Positions 35,656 to 49,188 of a stretch of DNA of 64,000 nucleotides are shown piece by piece. The stretch's first letter is position 1. Every line of letters begins with the position of its first letter. The stretch spans positions 14,886,816 to 14,950,815 of the forward strand of contig OZ316895.1 in the NCBI GenBank assembly GCA_973895155.1, read 5' to 3'. The notes beneath the pieces were generated by a model, which did no database searches, was not told where the DNA came from, and saw only the letters and a program-made list of their open reading frames with translations. The stretch is from Marsupella aquatica. Lineage: Eukaryota > Plantae > Marchantiophyta. Both the position numbers and the translations under genes were made by a program.

Positions 35656-36694
35656 AATGAGAAAGATAACATTAACATTATTGATGACCTAGTTCTTCTC
35701 TAGCTGAAACTTCTCAAGCTGATACGTTTCCTGTTGAAACTTCTCAAGTTGAGCTGTTGAAACTTCTCGAAGTATCAGCTCCACAAATTTCAATGGGGAA
35801 CTTATCAGCTGAGATATCATTGAAACTGCCACCGGGGTTAATGTACGAGCATTCATTCGATTTTTGCTGTTTTGTTATATGTTTTTCACTACACCCTCCT
35901 TTCTTCCCCAATACAGCGCTCGGGCAAAACAATTTGTTTGGTTGGAAACTGGATTTTTTAAGGTCTCCATAAGAAAAAGTGTTTTTACTTTAAGCATCAT
36001 TGCAACAGAGTGTCCATGTTGTATTTGAGTTTGACATTGTTGGAGATTTGACCCTAAAGTGTTCTACATTGAACACAAATAGCCAAAAGTTCAAAAATCA
36101 AATGACAAAACAATATTCAAATTTCAATATTCAAACATAACACCCATTTTTAAACATAACAATATTCAAACACAACACCAATTTTCAAATATAACACCCT
36201 ACAAATACAAAAAATGAAAATATATAGTCAAAACATGAATATAACACTGTGGATTCACTATTCAAAAGAGAGTCTCATGGCCCATTATTTGAATACAAGG
36301 CCATGGTGTTGTGTTGGGGGAAGACAATAACCTATTCTACAAAACTTTAGGGTTATCAGTCTTAGTGATTTTCATGAATTAGAGTTTGGTCGATGCTTAA
36401 ATTAACAACATTAACCTTCAATTTTGTATGGAATTTTGGACTCCTATTTAGTTACTGCTAGACTTCACCCCTAGCTAGAATAGCTAGACTACTCGCCCCT
36501 GTAAGTGCTAGCATCTAATTAGGGTGAGAGTAGGAAATTAGTGTTGCTAACAATGACAGGGAGTAGGGCTTTTCTACACTAACTCATGCATGCTCTGGTC
36601 ACGGATTTTCATTTGGAACCTGGGACACCCAGCCTTCTTTGCATTGGGCAAAAAACAATCTTTTAGAATGCATGAAAATTTCTATTTGGGTAAC

Positions 36695-36786
36695 ACTAAT
36701 TCATGAGTGTATCGTACAATTTGCTTCCACCAGAATCAGTACTAATTCATGAGTGTAGCGTACAATTTGCTTCCACCAGAATCAGT
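36695..36786. repeat. Tandem duplication, 2 x ~46 bp
   Basis: ACTAATTCATGAGTGTAKCGTACAATTT(T)GCTTCCACCAGAATCAGT occurs twice. Confidence 0.9.
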
Positions 36787-37761
36787 GTGACTAACACTAA
36801 TTGCCATGACCAGTCAAACTAATGTCTGTCAGATTTTGGCATAGTAGTGAAAGCTGTTCGCTAGAATTATCAGAGCAAGTCCAGTGGTGTCATTTTTACT
36901 CTGCTTTTACTAAAATGAGTAAAAAATCTCAGGCCTTTTAGTGTATTGCCTTCAAAGTGTATTAACACCCTCCTTCGTCAGTAAAGACTTAATCTTCCTG
37001 TTTCGTTCTCAGGACTTCAGTATAGATAGAACGATGTTGTCGTCATAGTGCACTTCCGAGTGACGATGTTGTCGTCATAGTTGTTATCGTCCTTCTAGCT
37101 ATATGAAAGTTATCCCTGGGAACATACAATCTAACAAACATTTGAAGCCCTCGAAGGAGACTAATTTGAGGGCAAATCAACAAAGCGTAGGTGCCCGTCA
37201 TCTGCAATTGGTTATGTACATATTCGAACGGGTCCATTGAAAAGAGTCACCTACATCTCATTTGGGATCAATTCAAATGTAATTCCATTTATCAGGGGTC
37301 AATTAGAAACGCACATTTACAGTTCAAGTAACAAGCCGCAAACAGTGGAAGAGGTCATAATGGACCCCTCCTTACCTCATCCTGTTTTCGGAATCATTGG
37401 CATAAAACTCAACAGAGCAAAAAAATGGGTTTCCTAGCCTAGAAATAGGCCCCCATTGTTCATGTGCTCCAGTTTCAACTTGATCCACCCCTGCATATCA
37501 AAATCACCCGCATGGAGATCAGTATTCCGACCGTCCAAGCAGTGATGGATACCTCTGACATGAATCTGTCATGAACTTATGAATTAGAAACTTGGCGGTA
37601 CTCTCGTCATGCAGGTCTGCGTTGTCTTGCACTTTTGTCTCGAGAAGATTTCGTCGAGAAAGAGATCTAGTACCTGATCAACCAAATCTATAGAAGCCAC
37701 CAAGAATCCAACTCGAGTTGCGCAACTTCTCTTCGGTCTATTGCTGCAACAGTCCTACTCC

Positions 37762-40700
37762 CTACTCAACTCCTGCATCTTCCTGATTTACTTTCGTCCT
37801 TGGTTTCGCCCGTCCGGCGGACTTTCTTGTTGTCCTACTACTAGTGTTGGGTGAAGAAGCCCCATCAGCACCATCAGTCAAAACGGTTTCACTAGCAACA
37901 GCACCCTTTCTGGTCGAAGATGTTAGAGTCCTTCGACCTTGTCGGTCAGTCTTGACTGACGAGGCAGAGGACGCATCCTGTCCCAATCGATCTGAAGTTT
38001 CAGAGGAGACACTCGTCACGACTACACGTTTTGTTTCAGACTCCATGACTTGTGAAGCAATCTGAAGTGGAGATGAATTCCCATTGACCTCAGCAGAGGA
38101 AGTATTGATCTTTCGCTCAATTTGTTTCAGGACACTTTCCGGTTGGATGGATCGAACGTCCTCTCGCAATATCGTATCTATTTCAGCAGGTGAAATGGAA
38201 GTTTTAGGCTGAGTGGCAGTTTCTGCTTCTTCCTTTGGAGACATAGCTGCCTTGCGTGAGAGTTTCAGATTTCCGCGTATGTCGCGCCCAATGCAGACTA
38301 CTTTCAGAACTTGCCCAAGCATCAAAACATCTCCAACCCGTGCCACCTGTAACATGATAAAGAAGTGAAAATCCGGTGGTAGGTTGGAACCTCAGCTACT
38401 GCAAGACTTATAATCCCCAAATGTATCATATGCTTAAGGTACGATATTATTATTCAGCTCACAAGTATACCTTGTCGTGTGAGATTTCTGATATGTGAAC
38501 CATTCCTTGGTGACCTCCATCAAGCTCCAAAAATGCCCCAAAGTCTTTGATGGCTACAACTGTTGCAAAATAGGAGCCACCAACCTCTACTTCTCGACCA
38601 ACACATGATTCCACCTGCAAGGTTCATCACATAGACGAAAAGTGGTCGTTTCAAAGACTCTGACAAAATAATAGACACTGGTGACTGGAAATCAAAAGTT
38701 ATAGCTCAACGTCATCGAATCGAGCAGATAAGAATAGCGCAAACTTGTCTTCTTTACATGTGGTTGGGCGTTTAGAAGACGTGGATAGAGAGCATGACAT
38801 ATTCGTCATATTACAGTAGATATGGAATTTTATGAAATTCACGTGGATTATTATTTTTTTGATGACACCGAGGATAAAATTCGTACACGACAGCGATCAA
38901 CGAAACGTGACACTTGTCCACTCGAGAAAGTAACGAAAGGAAATACCAATGATTTTGTTTGATCATAAGACGCCTGATCCTTTGCAAATATGGTCAAAAC
39001 TCCATCATCTGACACATTAAGCTTAGCTCCTGCAAACAATCAAGAGTAAGTCTACTGCAAGAGAGAGGCCGAAAACTTCTACGATCGTAATCCCTCCAAG
39101 GTGCAGGTAGGGTGTGTAGTCGCATGCAAGAATTGATGCGACTTCTAACGACCTGTTTTACCACGTCGGAAGTACAACACAGGCTCTGAGAAAATGTTGT
39201 GAAGAGTTTGTTGAAAATCCGCGTGATTTCAACAAATTGAAGCTTTGTATTGCGATTTTCGATTGAAGTTATGGCCTTTAATGGGCTCATCATTATCAAT
39301 TGTAAGATTTACAGAAAGAGCTCGACAAGACAGACAAGCGCATAACCAATTATCCATCAGGAGCGATTCATTTGAACAGAGGATCAGACGCAATCTAAGA
39401 CGATTAGAGAGACCGATACTAAGTACACAACCTTCATGAAATGACAAGTGAGAAATTCATTGAACAGATGAGGAAGATTGACCTTTCAACAACTTTCCAT
39501 TAAGAAGGGTTAGACAAATAACAGATTTGTCCATACCAGTCAAGCGCTGAATGCTCTTTATATTACTGCCCTGTGGTCCAATCAATCGGCCAATACTGTC
39601 CCGTAAAATGGACATTTGACCTATATCAAGAAAAGAATTGAAATTTTTAATTAAATATGCACACTCTCAAATTGTTAATAATCCATCAACCAAGGCTATG
39701 ATGTGGAATAGAACGGACCTAGATACTATAAAGCACAAATCCGAGTCCATATGTCTTTCACGAGACAAGCAAACCTTCAATAAGAATAACGCTCTGAACT
39801 GGTATATCACGCCTATGAGGCTCACCTCTTCGAGGAAGATTTTCCCTCATATCTTCACGAGGTTTGATTATCACTTTCTCCATGGCATTGAGAATGTGAG
39901 TTCGACCTGCTAATGCAGGCCCCAAAGCCTCAACGAGAATACCAAGAGGAATCCCAGGCAGTTTCATATCCAGCTGTACGGCAGTTATTCCGTTCTTCGT
40001 CCCAGCAATTTTGAAATCCATATCTCCCAAATGATCCTCCAGTCCCTGTCATAGTCGCCACACACAATAGACCCAACCTAACCTAGTCTCAACCAAGCTT
40101 CATTCTGGACACGAACTTTATTGATCAGCCTCAGGTGCTCTTACTTCACTGATCTCTGCTTATGTGCAAGTGACGAATAGCATATATCGAGTACGTCTAT
40201 TGAGATAAGGTGCACTCATCGCATCATCGTGATAAGACTAGACACTAAAGGTCCGAGTACAGAAATTTCAGCACTTCAAAGTAAAACAGAATATAAAATT
40301 TTCGGCACAGATACGAAAAACAATTCAGAAAACCTAGGAGAAGAACCATCCCACGACATGCACAGCTGGAGATAAATTTACAGATCATCGTCCTGATTAC
40401 TGAAATTAGAAGAGAGAGTGTACCAGGATGTCTGTGAGAAGCTTGTAGTCCTTGACGATACCTGTTGATGGGTCAGTAACAGTTACAAGACCAATCGATA
40501 CTCCTGCCACATGGTCTCGGAGTGGTACTCCTGCATCCATTAATGCCAAACTTCCTGGAAAATAGAACGCAAACAAAAACAAATTATCCCTGAGACGTCA
40601 TGCACTCTCAGGATCCTAATGATCAGTTACCTTCAAATGTCAAGGGGAACCTCCTAAAAAGCCTCTAGAAAACAATCAATGGACATAAGACTCATAGATA

Positions 40701-43700
40701 ATAGCACAAATATGTACACAGGTCAAGTTGCAAACCCCCACAAACAGTGGCCATTGAAGAAGATCCATCTGATGCAAGAACTTCGGAGGTCACTCGAATG
40801 CTGTAAGGAAATTCATCTTCCGACGGTAGAAGTGATAACAAAGCTTTCTCTGCAAGGGTCCCTACAAAAAGCATTACCCATACCAAACACATCAGTTCAG
40901 AGGCCAATCAATAACGAGAAGTATTATGATACTAGTTTCCTAGTCTCTTCAATCGATAGAGAGGGCACCGAAGAACCCCTGAAATGCAGTATTCAGAGGG
41001 TCTTACCATGTCCTACTTCGCGTCGATTCAAACCACCAAGGCGACCAACTTCATTCACTGAAAATGGAGGGAAACTGTAATGAACCATGAACCTTTTCGA
41101 ATCCGGTCCAACTATGGAGTCCAAGCGTTGTGCGTCATCTGGAGCTCCCATTGTTACAGTGCATAACACCTGAAAGAGATATGATCAGAAGTTAGATGTG
41201 GGGTCAATAGATGATCTCGTAATAATGGAGAAAATGCAGGAATATCTACTAACCTGTGTGTTTCCCCTCGAAAAGAGCGATGATCCATGCAGAGCTGGAT
41301 AGAGACCAGCTTCACAATACAGATCCCGTACACTATCAACGGTTCTCCCATCAACTCTTTGGCCCTTCTGTAGGATATTTCCACGAACAATCTGGGACAA
41401 AAAGAGACAATGAACACCTCGTAAGTTTTTATGCAAAGTAACGTACTCAGAAGAATTTATGTTGCCGCAAACTTCTGAGCTCCAGTTTTACAGCGCTTGC
41501 TTCCCATTTCCTCGAGTCCTACAGCGCTTGCTTTCCATTTCCTCGAGTCCAAAATTTCAATTAAGGACAACACGATGACACACTGGTGAATGGCAGGCTA
41601 ACTCGAGGCCACGTCAAAAAGATTCTGCCGACATAGCGTCTTGGAAACTATACAGTTCAGATACTGTACATTCCTTGGAGCCCAGACCTCTTGCAATGTT
41701 TTCATACATAAGGAAGAATGTAACTACCTCTTAAAAGACCCCGAGACATTTTTAATCTTAGCCACTCCAGCAATTGAACAAACAAATACCTGCGGATTTA
41801 GAGGGCTATACCTCTTTTCTGACACTGTCAAACGCCTTATTAATGACTTTCACGGTATCGTCATCTCCTTCGGCCTTGAACATTTCCTCCACCTCATCTT
41901 GGACATCATGTAAGGCTTTCCCACGTTCAAACTGCAAGACAAGAAACAAGTCCAACTTCCATTCTTCACCCTTGCAGCGAAACTCCAAGGAGGAATAGCA
42001 ACGATACATAAAAGGGATCCAGGCCAAACCATTGGTATGTCAGTGCACTGGTAGAATTATGATACCAGCTAGAACAAGACCAGATAATCCAACAGTGTCG
42101 AAGACCTACCTTGCCATATAGAGGATTTCCCATCACAGCTTGAATTGGATCAGTTGCTATCCTCCGAATTTTTTCCAAAACAGACTCTGGAATGGTCAGC
42201 AACTGGACATCCCGCTTCTGATTTCTCACCTTGGCTGCCAGCCGAAGCTGCGGGTCAATAAGTTTTATTGCCTGCACAAAACAGATGGATTTTGATGCTG
42301 TAAATATTGTTGAACCTTAATTTTCCCCGGCCAATGGTTCCCTTTCTTCCCGCAGGAGGAATCATTGGAGAAAGACCGTATGCAGCTATGGATCCAACTA
42401 CGTGCTCTTTACGGTCAAGAATACCTCAGTATGCGCAAGGGATAGGGCAGAAGCGTAATCTTCATTTGTGATTTCTGCCGCTTGTGTCTCTATCATCAAT
42501 GTGTTTTCCGCTGTACAAGCATAGATCAAGTTCAAATCGCTCTTGCTAACCTGCAACTTGCGAGAAGTAGTCCGTTAGGCAAGACCTTTAACACGCCGGT
42601 CATACAAGCAACTTCTGAGCTATGTCACAATCAAAGTGATCTACATCCTACCTTACGAAAGCGAAAGACTGGTTCAGGCTTATAAAAAGTTTCCTGCCAT
42701 CAAGAGGGTTCACAGCTACAAACTAAGCCCTCTGCTATTCGAAGATGCACTTTTGTGCCCCTTGCAATGTTTGCCATGACAACAAAACAGAATGTTCAAG
42801 ACACAACGATGAGTAGATCCAAGTTAAAACCGTGAGACCCATTAACTGTCGAGGGTGGGATAAGGAAAAGAGTAAGAAGGTCTACCTCACCCATATTTGG
42901 ATTGACAATAAACTTCCCACTCACGCGGCCTACACGAACAGCACCAATAGGTCCATTCCAAGGAATATTTGAAATGGTCAGGGCAGCAGAAGCTGCGTTG
43001 ACAGAGAGAATATCTGTGTCTTGGTCCCCATCAGAACACAGCACGTTTGCTATTATCTGCCAACCCACAGCGTACAACAAGCCAGATTGTCAGCTTTTAT
43101 CTCAATTCTTTTGCTTGCCCGCAGGCAGGTCATGAGGTCCATACATTGTACAGATGGCTCCAGGGTTCAAAAACACAGTAAAAACGACTTCCATGCCCAC
43201 TGGGTACTAAGAGTCAAGGGAATAGTATACTAGACCCTTTCGTTAGTGCTCAGAGACAAATATTTTGAAATTCCGACAGCATGTAGCAATTCGAGATCAC
43301 CTGAGTTTCGAAAAAGAATCCCTTTGGAAATAAAGGGCGGACAGATCTGTCAATGACGCGAGCACACAGAAGTTCACGTTCCTTTGGTGCGCCTTCTCGG
43401 CGCATAAAAGTATTCGGTATTTTCCCCTGTGCATATTGCTTCTCTCTATATTCGACCTGCACGTACCCCAAACATACAGATACTTCTGACATATAGAAAT
43501 TAAAATAAAAGAAGCATCATCGTATCACTCTGTGTCAATGACACGAGCACACAGAATCCCTTGTTCATGCCAATCATAGGCATTGCTCTACGAAACAAAT
43601 TAAGAATTCCACGGACTCCCTGCAGAGCAAACCAATCCATTCACAGTAATTCAATGCGTGAATGAAATCGGGAATAAACCTGAAGCGGCAAAAAGTCTAA

Positions 43701-44413
43701 GTTCCCCTTATCAGAGTAGTCTGCAACAACTGTCGTAAGCACTTTAGTTTCTTTTAAACCCACAACAGCTGCTCCTGCTGCAAACTTGGCAAGTTTCCCA
43801 GTCTCAAACGTCATAGTCTTGGTTCCCACCTGAGCCTCTTCGAGGAACACTTTCCCATTTTCTGCACACCACACACTTTTGTCTTCAAGGGCAGTCCATC
43901 GCGTAAACTCCATGAATATTTTCTAAGACTGCAAAAGCATTCGAACTTACAAAATTGTGTCAATCCCAGCCGCCTTTGCAAGAGGAAAGCACTAGCGCAG
44001 ACTGGGAGAAGGCTGAAGGTAACGGACCTGGAAATTCACGCCATGAGGGCGGCGGTCCGAGTACTTGCACCTGTGGCAAAGCACTTGATGAGGCTTCACG
44101 TACGCAAGCTATCCAACCCCGGTGGAATCCATCCTGTAAGCGAAGGACACCATAACTATCGTCACCTAAAGCACTTCGATCCAACTGTCTTCAGGACGTC
44201 GCACTAACCTATGTCCAAAAGGTTCAAGAGCAGGAACAAAGTGCTCAAATATCACTCATCAGACTAAGTTGTCAAAGAGCAGTAGAGTTAATTCCATACT
44301 ACAATCGCAATGCAGTGCTGTCTCACGCTTTTCTCTGCAGGGTACTCTGAACGCTTGCGTAGCGGAAGAAGAGTGTGGACAAAATTCAATTTGCAAGATA
44401 AAATTCCTTCCAT
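37762..44413 (-). CDS. PNP2: Polyribonucleotide nucleotidyltransferase (PNPase), mitochondrial-type, multi-exon; start codon uncertain
   Basis: Exons encode [12 protein letters not shown]...[116 protein letters not shown], a KH domain (LIGPQG), S1 (DFGAFLEL...GMVHISEIS; [14 protein letters not shown]) and a Ser/Thr-rich tail ending at 37762. The 44413 start is only one possibility. Confidence 0.93.
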
Positions 44414-45240
44414 TAATTTATTTCTGATTTTTCAACTGAGCAAAGAAAGTAAATTGAGAGGCGACCGAAGGGCTGTGTTTATCTTAAATTACTTCGGAAA
44501 TTTTCGCTTCGTATTTGCTGCATACTTTATACGAAACCTTCTTCCAAGCACAATCACACGCAAGCCAGACTGGCCTACGTACTATGCGAAGTCCTCGTAA
44601 CATACGAAGATAAAAATGTCACTGCGACCAGAATTAGTTGTTGTTAAATCTCTTCACTGTTTTCAGTTTTGCTAAGTCCGTGTGACACCGGGTGTTCTGA
44701 CTTAGAATCACCCTCGGGCTGAGGAGAGGATCTTGTCGTACTCTGAAATTAAAGCTGAACTAGAAACACATAAAGAATCATCTCGGCCAATCTGAAAACC
44801 AATGAGACGAGGAGTACCTGAAGACGCACTAATCCGCAAGACGAAGCAAGAGCACGCAGCTGGCCATGAGTACGCCACATTGGCCTCCGATTCTGGACGC
44901 CACCGGTACCGGAGACAACAATTAGCTGACAGGGTGAATTTTGAAAATTGCGGAATTATGAGATTTGAAAGCTTTCATAACGTCACACAGAGCTTGTGAA
45001 GATTCAAAATACCTCTTAAGAGAGAAAATCTACTCCCGAGCGAAGTGAGTGCTCTCCCTGACGAAAGTGATGTCCGTCCGCAGGGAGGAATGTTTCAACC
45101 AACCTACTGTACTTGGGCCAAATTGACGAATCAAATGAGCGCTTCATCAAATGAGCGCTCCCAAAGACTGAGTGAGAGAAGAAGACAGGACAACGTACGA
45201 GAGGTCACGCTCCTGCCCAAACGAACCATACTGCACAGAA

Positions 45241-45490
45241 GCGTTCTGCGGCTCGACTAAGCTAGACTGTGCTCCACAATGACAAGGCTGGCAGGATTCA
45301 ACGCGTTCTGTGGCCCGACTAAGCTATCCTGTGCTCCAAAATGACAACGCAGGCAGGATTCAACGCATCCTTCATCGTCAGGAGGGAAACGAAGGCGCGT
45401 TCTGTGGTCCGACTAAGCTAGACTGTGCTCCAAAGTGACAAGGCTGGCAGGATTCAAAGCATCCTTCATCGTCAGGAGGAAACGAAGGCT
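45241..45490. repeat. Compound tandem repeat (62-bp core x3 plus a ~30-bp module x2) upstream of PNP2
   Basis: GCGTTCTG..G..CGACTAAGCTA..CTGTGCTCCA...GGCAGGATTCAA occurs three times. CATCCTTCATCGTCAGGAGG(G)AAACGAAGGC occurs twice. Confidence 0.9.
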
Positions 45491-47300
45491 TTGCGTCAAT
45501 CGCCGCAGCTATGTATTTACAATTCTCATGAACGGCGGGGGTCTCAAATCAGCAGAGATGCAAGTGCATTCGCTTGGATTGCTTGCATTGGGCAGTCGTA
45601 GGGTGTAGCTCATTTACAGTAGTAGTAGTAACTGGAGTGGGTGGCAGTTATGATACGATGCGGAGCTGCTCGTCCGGTCGTCCCCTTGCATCTCCTCAAT
45701 CGTCACATCGTCTGCGTTTCACAGAGACCGGATTCAGCTCCTGTTTGCTATACCCTAAACCCATACGGACTTTACGCCTCCCCCGCGTCATTCACAGTAC
45801 TCCCTGTAGCTTACTCACGGTTACTAGCCTAATCACGGTCACGGTTACTAGCCTAATCACGGTTTTTTGTTGTCATACCTAGGTTCTTGTGACATGTGGT
45901 GGACAGTCTCACATATGGCCAGTTGCGGGAAATTTCAGCACCTGGGAGTATTGGGGCCCGGGCCTCCAGACAGGACTTGTCGGGCACTGATTGCGGTGCC
46001 CGACCAGTCACACCTGGGACATTTACACCGGAAACCCCGCCCCCTGCAGCAATTAGCCCTTCATGCAAACCAGCATAGGGATTGCGCCAAACAACACAGG
46101 AACAACGTCTCGTCTACTCTGCCGCATCTCCACCTGCGACCCGTCTCAGAATTGACTACCCCAACATTTCTTGGCCCGCATCAACACTGTAGCTGTGCAC
46201 CCTACTAAGTCTCGGGTCGCCCTCTTTTCAATTTTTTTTCCATAATTGAGACGCCCTAATACAGGCCTCTCTCCTGGCTGTCATACCAAATATGGAAGTC
46301 AGGGTTGTGAAAACGGATGGAGGCTGAATCTTACTAGTAAAGCGCGAACAAAAGCTACTGTTCACGCCCTACGGCCTAGAGTGAAGCCTCTAGATCGTAA
46401 CTAAATTGGGGGTGTGGGTGAAAAAGTGAGGGGTGAATAATTGTGTGCAGAATGGGGAGCGGGGAATAGGTTTGAAACTATCTCAAAGAGGGCGGCGCAG
46501 TGCGTCTGGCAACGGGAATGTGTGGGAGCTGCTGGATCTGGAGATGTCATACGGGAATGCGTGGGAGCTGTGTGGATCTGGCGATGGCAGACGGGGAAGC
46601 GTGGGAGCTGTGAGTGAATCAAGGGAAGTTGGATCTGGCGATGGCAAACGGGACAGGGTGGGAGCTAATTATCGAATGCAAGGGAAGTTTAAAGTTCTCC
46701 GTTTTATTTTAAATTCCTCCCTTTGATTTATGGAGTTCTCCGTGAATGGACTACTATGTGTTCCCGTGGACATGAGATTTATCGATCGCCGAATCCTTTG
46801 CAGGTATATGGTGCTGCACCAAAAACGTAGCAAGTATATACTTGCTGGCAACCGTGGACATGACATTTATCGACGCCGGATCCTTTGGCTAGCAGCAAGA
46901 GTGTCTCCCTTGCAAGCATTGTGCATTCTTTGGCTAGTAGCAAGCGAGGCAGCGAGAGTCTCTCCCTTGCTCGAATTCCTTTCTTTCAACTACGTACATT
47001 AGCTATTGGCAACATTTCTCTGTCTGTTGTGCGTCACCGCTTTGTAATGGTCAACAATCGGAATCTTCTTTCCAACAAAAAGTGGGAACAAGTTTGAAAC
47101 TCTTCTATATCAGGTATTCTTCCTAAGAACGCATTTTGCAACTCATTTGAACTGGCCCTTTGTCTCACTATCTCGGTCAGCTCAACTAGACAAGCCAGTC
47201 TCTCTCCATTTCCATCAGTAGCTATGCGTAGAGAATAGATTGTAAATATTTTGCCCCTTTCATTTTACTCAGATGAAGAGCATGCACAGGAGAGAATAGT

Positions 47301-47333
47301 GGAGAGGAGAGGAGAGGAGAGGAGAGGAGAGGA
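47301..47333. repeat. (GGAGA)n microsatellite
   Basis: About 6.5 perfect GGAGA units. Confidence 0.9.
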
Positions 47334-49188
47334 GCTAAACGATGACACTACTTTTTCTCTCTCTTCAGCTCTTAGCTGCACAAATGGAAACTGGCGGAAT
47401 GTGCTTGCTGGGGTTTAGGATACAGCATGAATTGAATAGACGACATGAATTGAATATGTTTTTGGTTCTGATGGAGATTTGACACGTCCCTTCCTTTCTT
47501 TAATTTCCTCCATGAAGTATGCCTAAAAGACAATTTCCTACGCCTTCACTAGGTTCAGCATCAGCTGTCGACTTTGCCAGCAGTACTCAGGCTGGGAAAA
47601 GGGGCTTATCTCAGGATTTGCAAATTACGGCTTTCTGCCAGGGCAAAATCAAGGGCTCCCTTTGATCCAACACAACGGCTTCAGACTCGGCCCTGCTCAT
47701 GCCTTCCTAGGCATTTATTGAAGGGGAAGAACCCAAGACCAAGCCTGTGTCGTATTTGGACTACAGCGGAGTGATTTGCAGCTAATTGAAGACTGAACCA
47801 TCCAGCCTGTTGATTGAAAACTGACGCATCCAGCCTGCCCTCACGTAAGTGAAATTTTTACGCTGATAGATTGATGTTTGTAAATTATTAAATATTGAGG
47901 CCAGACCACTAATATTCAGGTTGAAGATCGGGTGCAGCAGAGACTAGAGAGATGAAGAGCAGAGAAAGAGAGAAAGCCTGAGATTGAAAAGTGTGAAAAA
48001 CTGCATGAGCTTTCTAAGATTTCAATCGAGTGAAGAGCCAGCTATATTCCCAAAGCTAGCTGAGAAAGGATACTGTGGTTGTCTCTTATGATGTTTTGTG
48101 GAAGTTGCTGCAGGTAGACGGAGCTATAGTGTTTGTGTGGATCAAGGTCCAAGCTAAGTGAATTCTGGTAAGAAAACAAACTATTTGAATCTTTCCAAGC
48201 AATCTTAATGATTAATATATTATGTACTAAGGTCGAAACAGTATAGATTCTAGACTTTCAGCTGATTGTGTTGCCTTTCTTTAGATCCCTATCGAAATAA
48301 TTAATATTCTGAAAAGGACCAAATGCTGCACAGTGGAGTTGTCAGGAATAAATTGTTGCTTTTCATTGTTGTTACTGTACACTTTCTTCATTATTTTATG
48401 GCTGATGCCTTGGTTTCTTTTTGTTTTGGTACTCTATTACTAGATGGTGTTGTCTCGGGTATTGTGAGATCTTAGGCTATGGGACATCGGAGCTGATGAA
48501 CTGATTTGTTGAATGGGAGCAATTTCATCATAATTTCATTACACTTTCCTCATTCATCCAGCATGATGGAGGACCCCACAGTGCTATCATTCCAGATTTG
48601 CAGTCATGGGCGCAAGCATCATATTGTCGCCAATGTGACACTCCTGTTCTTTTATTTTTAAAGGGGACATACGCCCCGGAACTTTGTTAGTGGGACTTTA
48701 TATGGCCTTGGAGGTAGTTTCAATGCTTATCTTAGCAGTTCCCATTTCCGATACTAAAGATAGTGCTTGACTGGTGTGAGACAAAATTGAGCAAACACTA
48801 TAGAGAGTAGACAAGATGTGATTCCCTGATGTGCTATAACAGATGGAAAGACAAAGATAGTAACATCTATAGGTGATTATTGTAGAGACATTGGCATCAG
48901 GCTAGGGGTTGTGTCACTAATTATAGATTAGTCAAGAAGACAATTAGGACAGTAGTTGATGGTGAGATAAGGAGTTTTGCTCCCATCATTCTTTCTCTCC
49001 CTTCTGAAGGCCAGGGATAACATAGTTTAGATCATGCTAGACATGATTTTGTATGACATTACATCATGTCATGTATTATTAAACTATTTATGAATAAATC
49101 TAAGACATTCTTGATACTTGATACAATTTCTTATCGAATGTGTCGTGTTGTATTTTGTAGATAATTGATGATCAATAGATTTTCAACA

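Noticed and set aside
34021-35692. Long overlapping ORFs on both strands (145-258 aa)
   Set aside because: These are GC-rich shadow frames of the retrotransposon ORF and 5' UTR with no domain motifs.
44802-46208. Possible gene divergent from PNP2
   Set aside because: Only short ORFs with no motif and no consistent splice chain.
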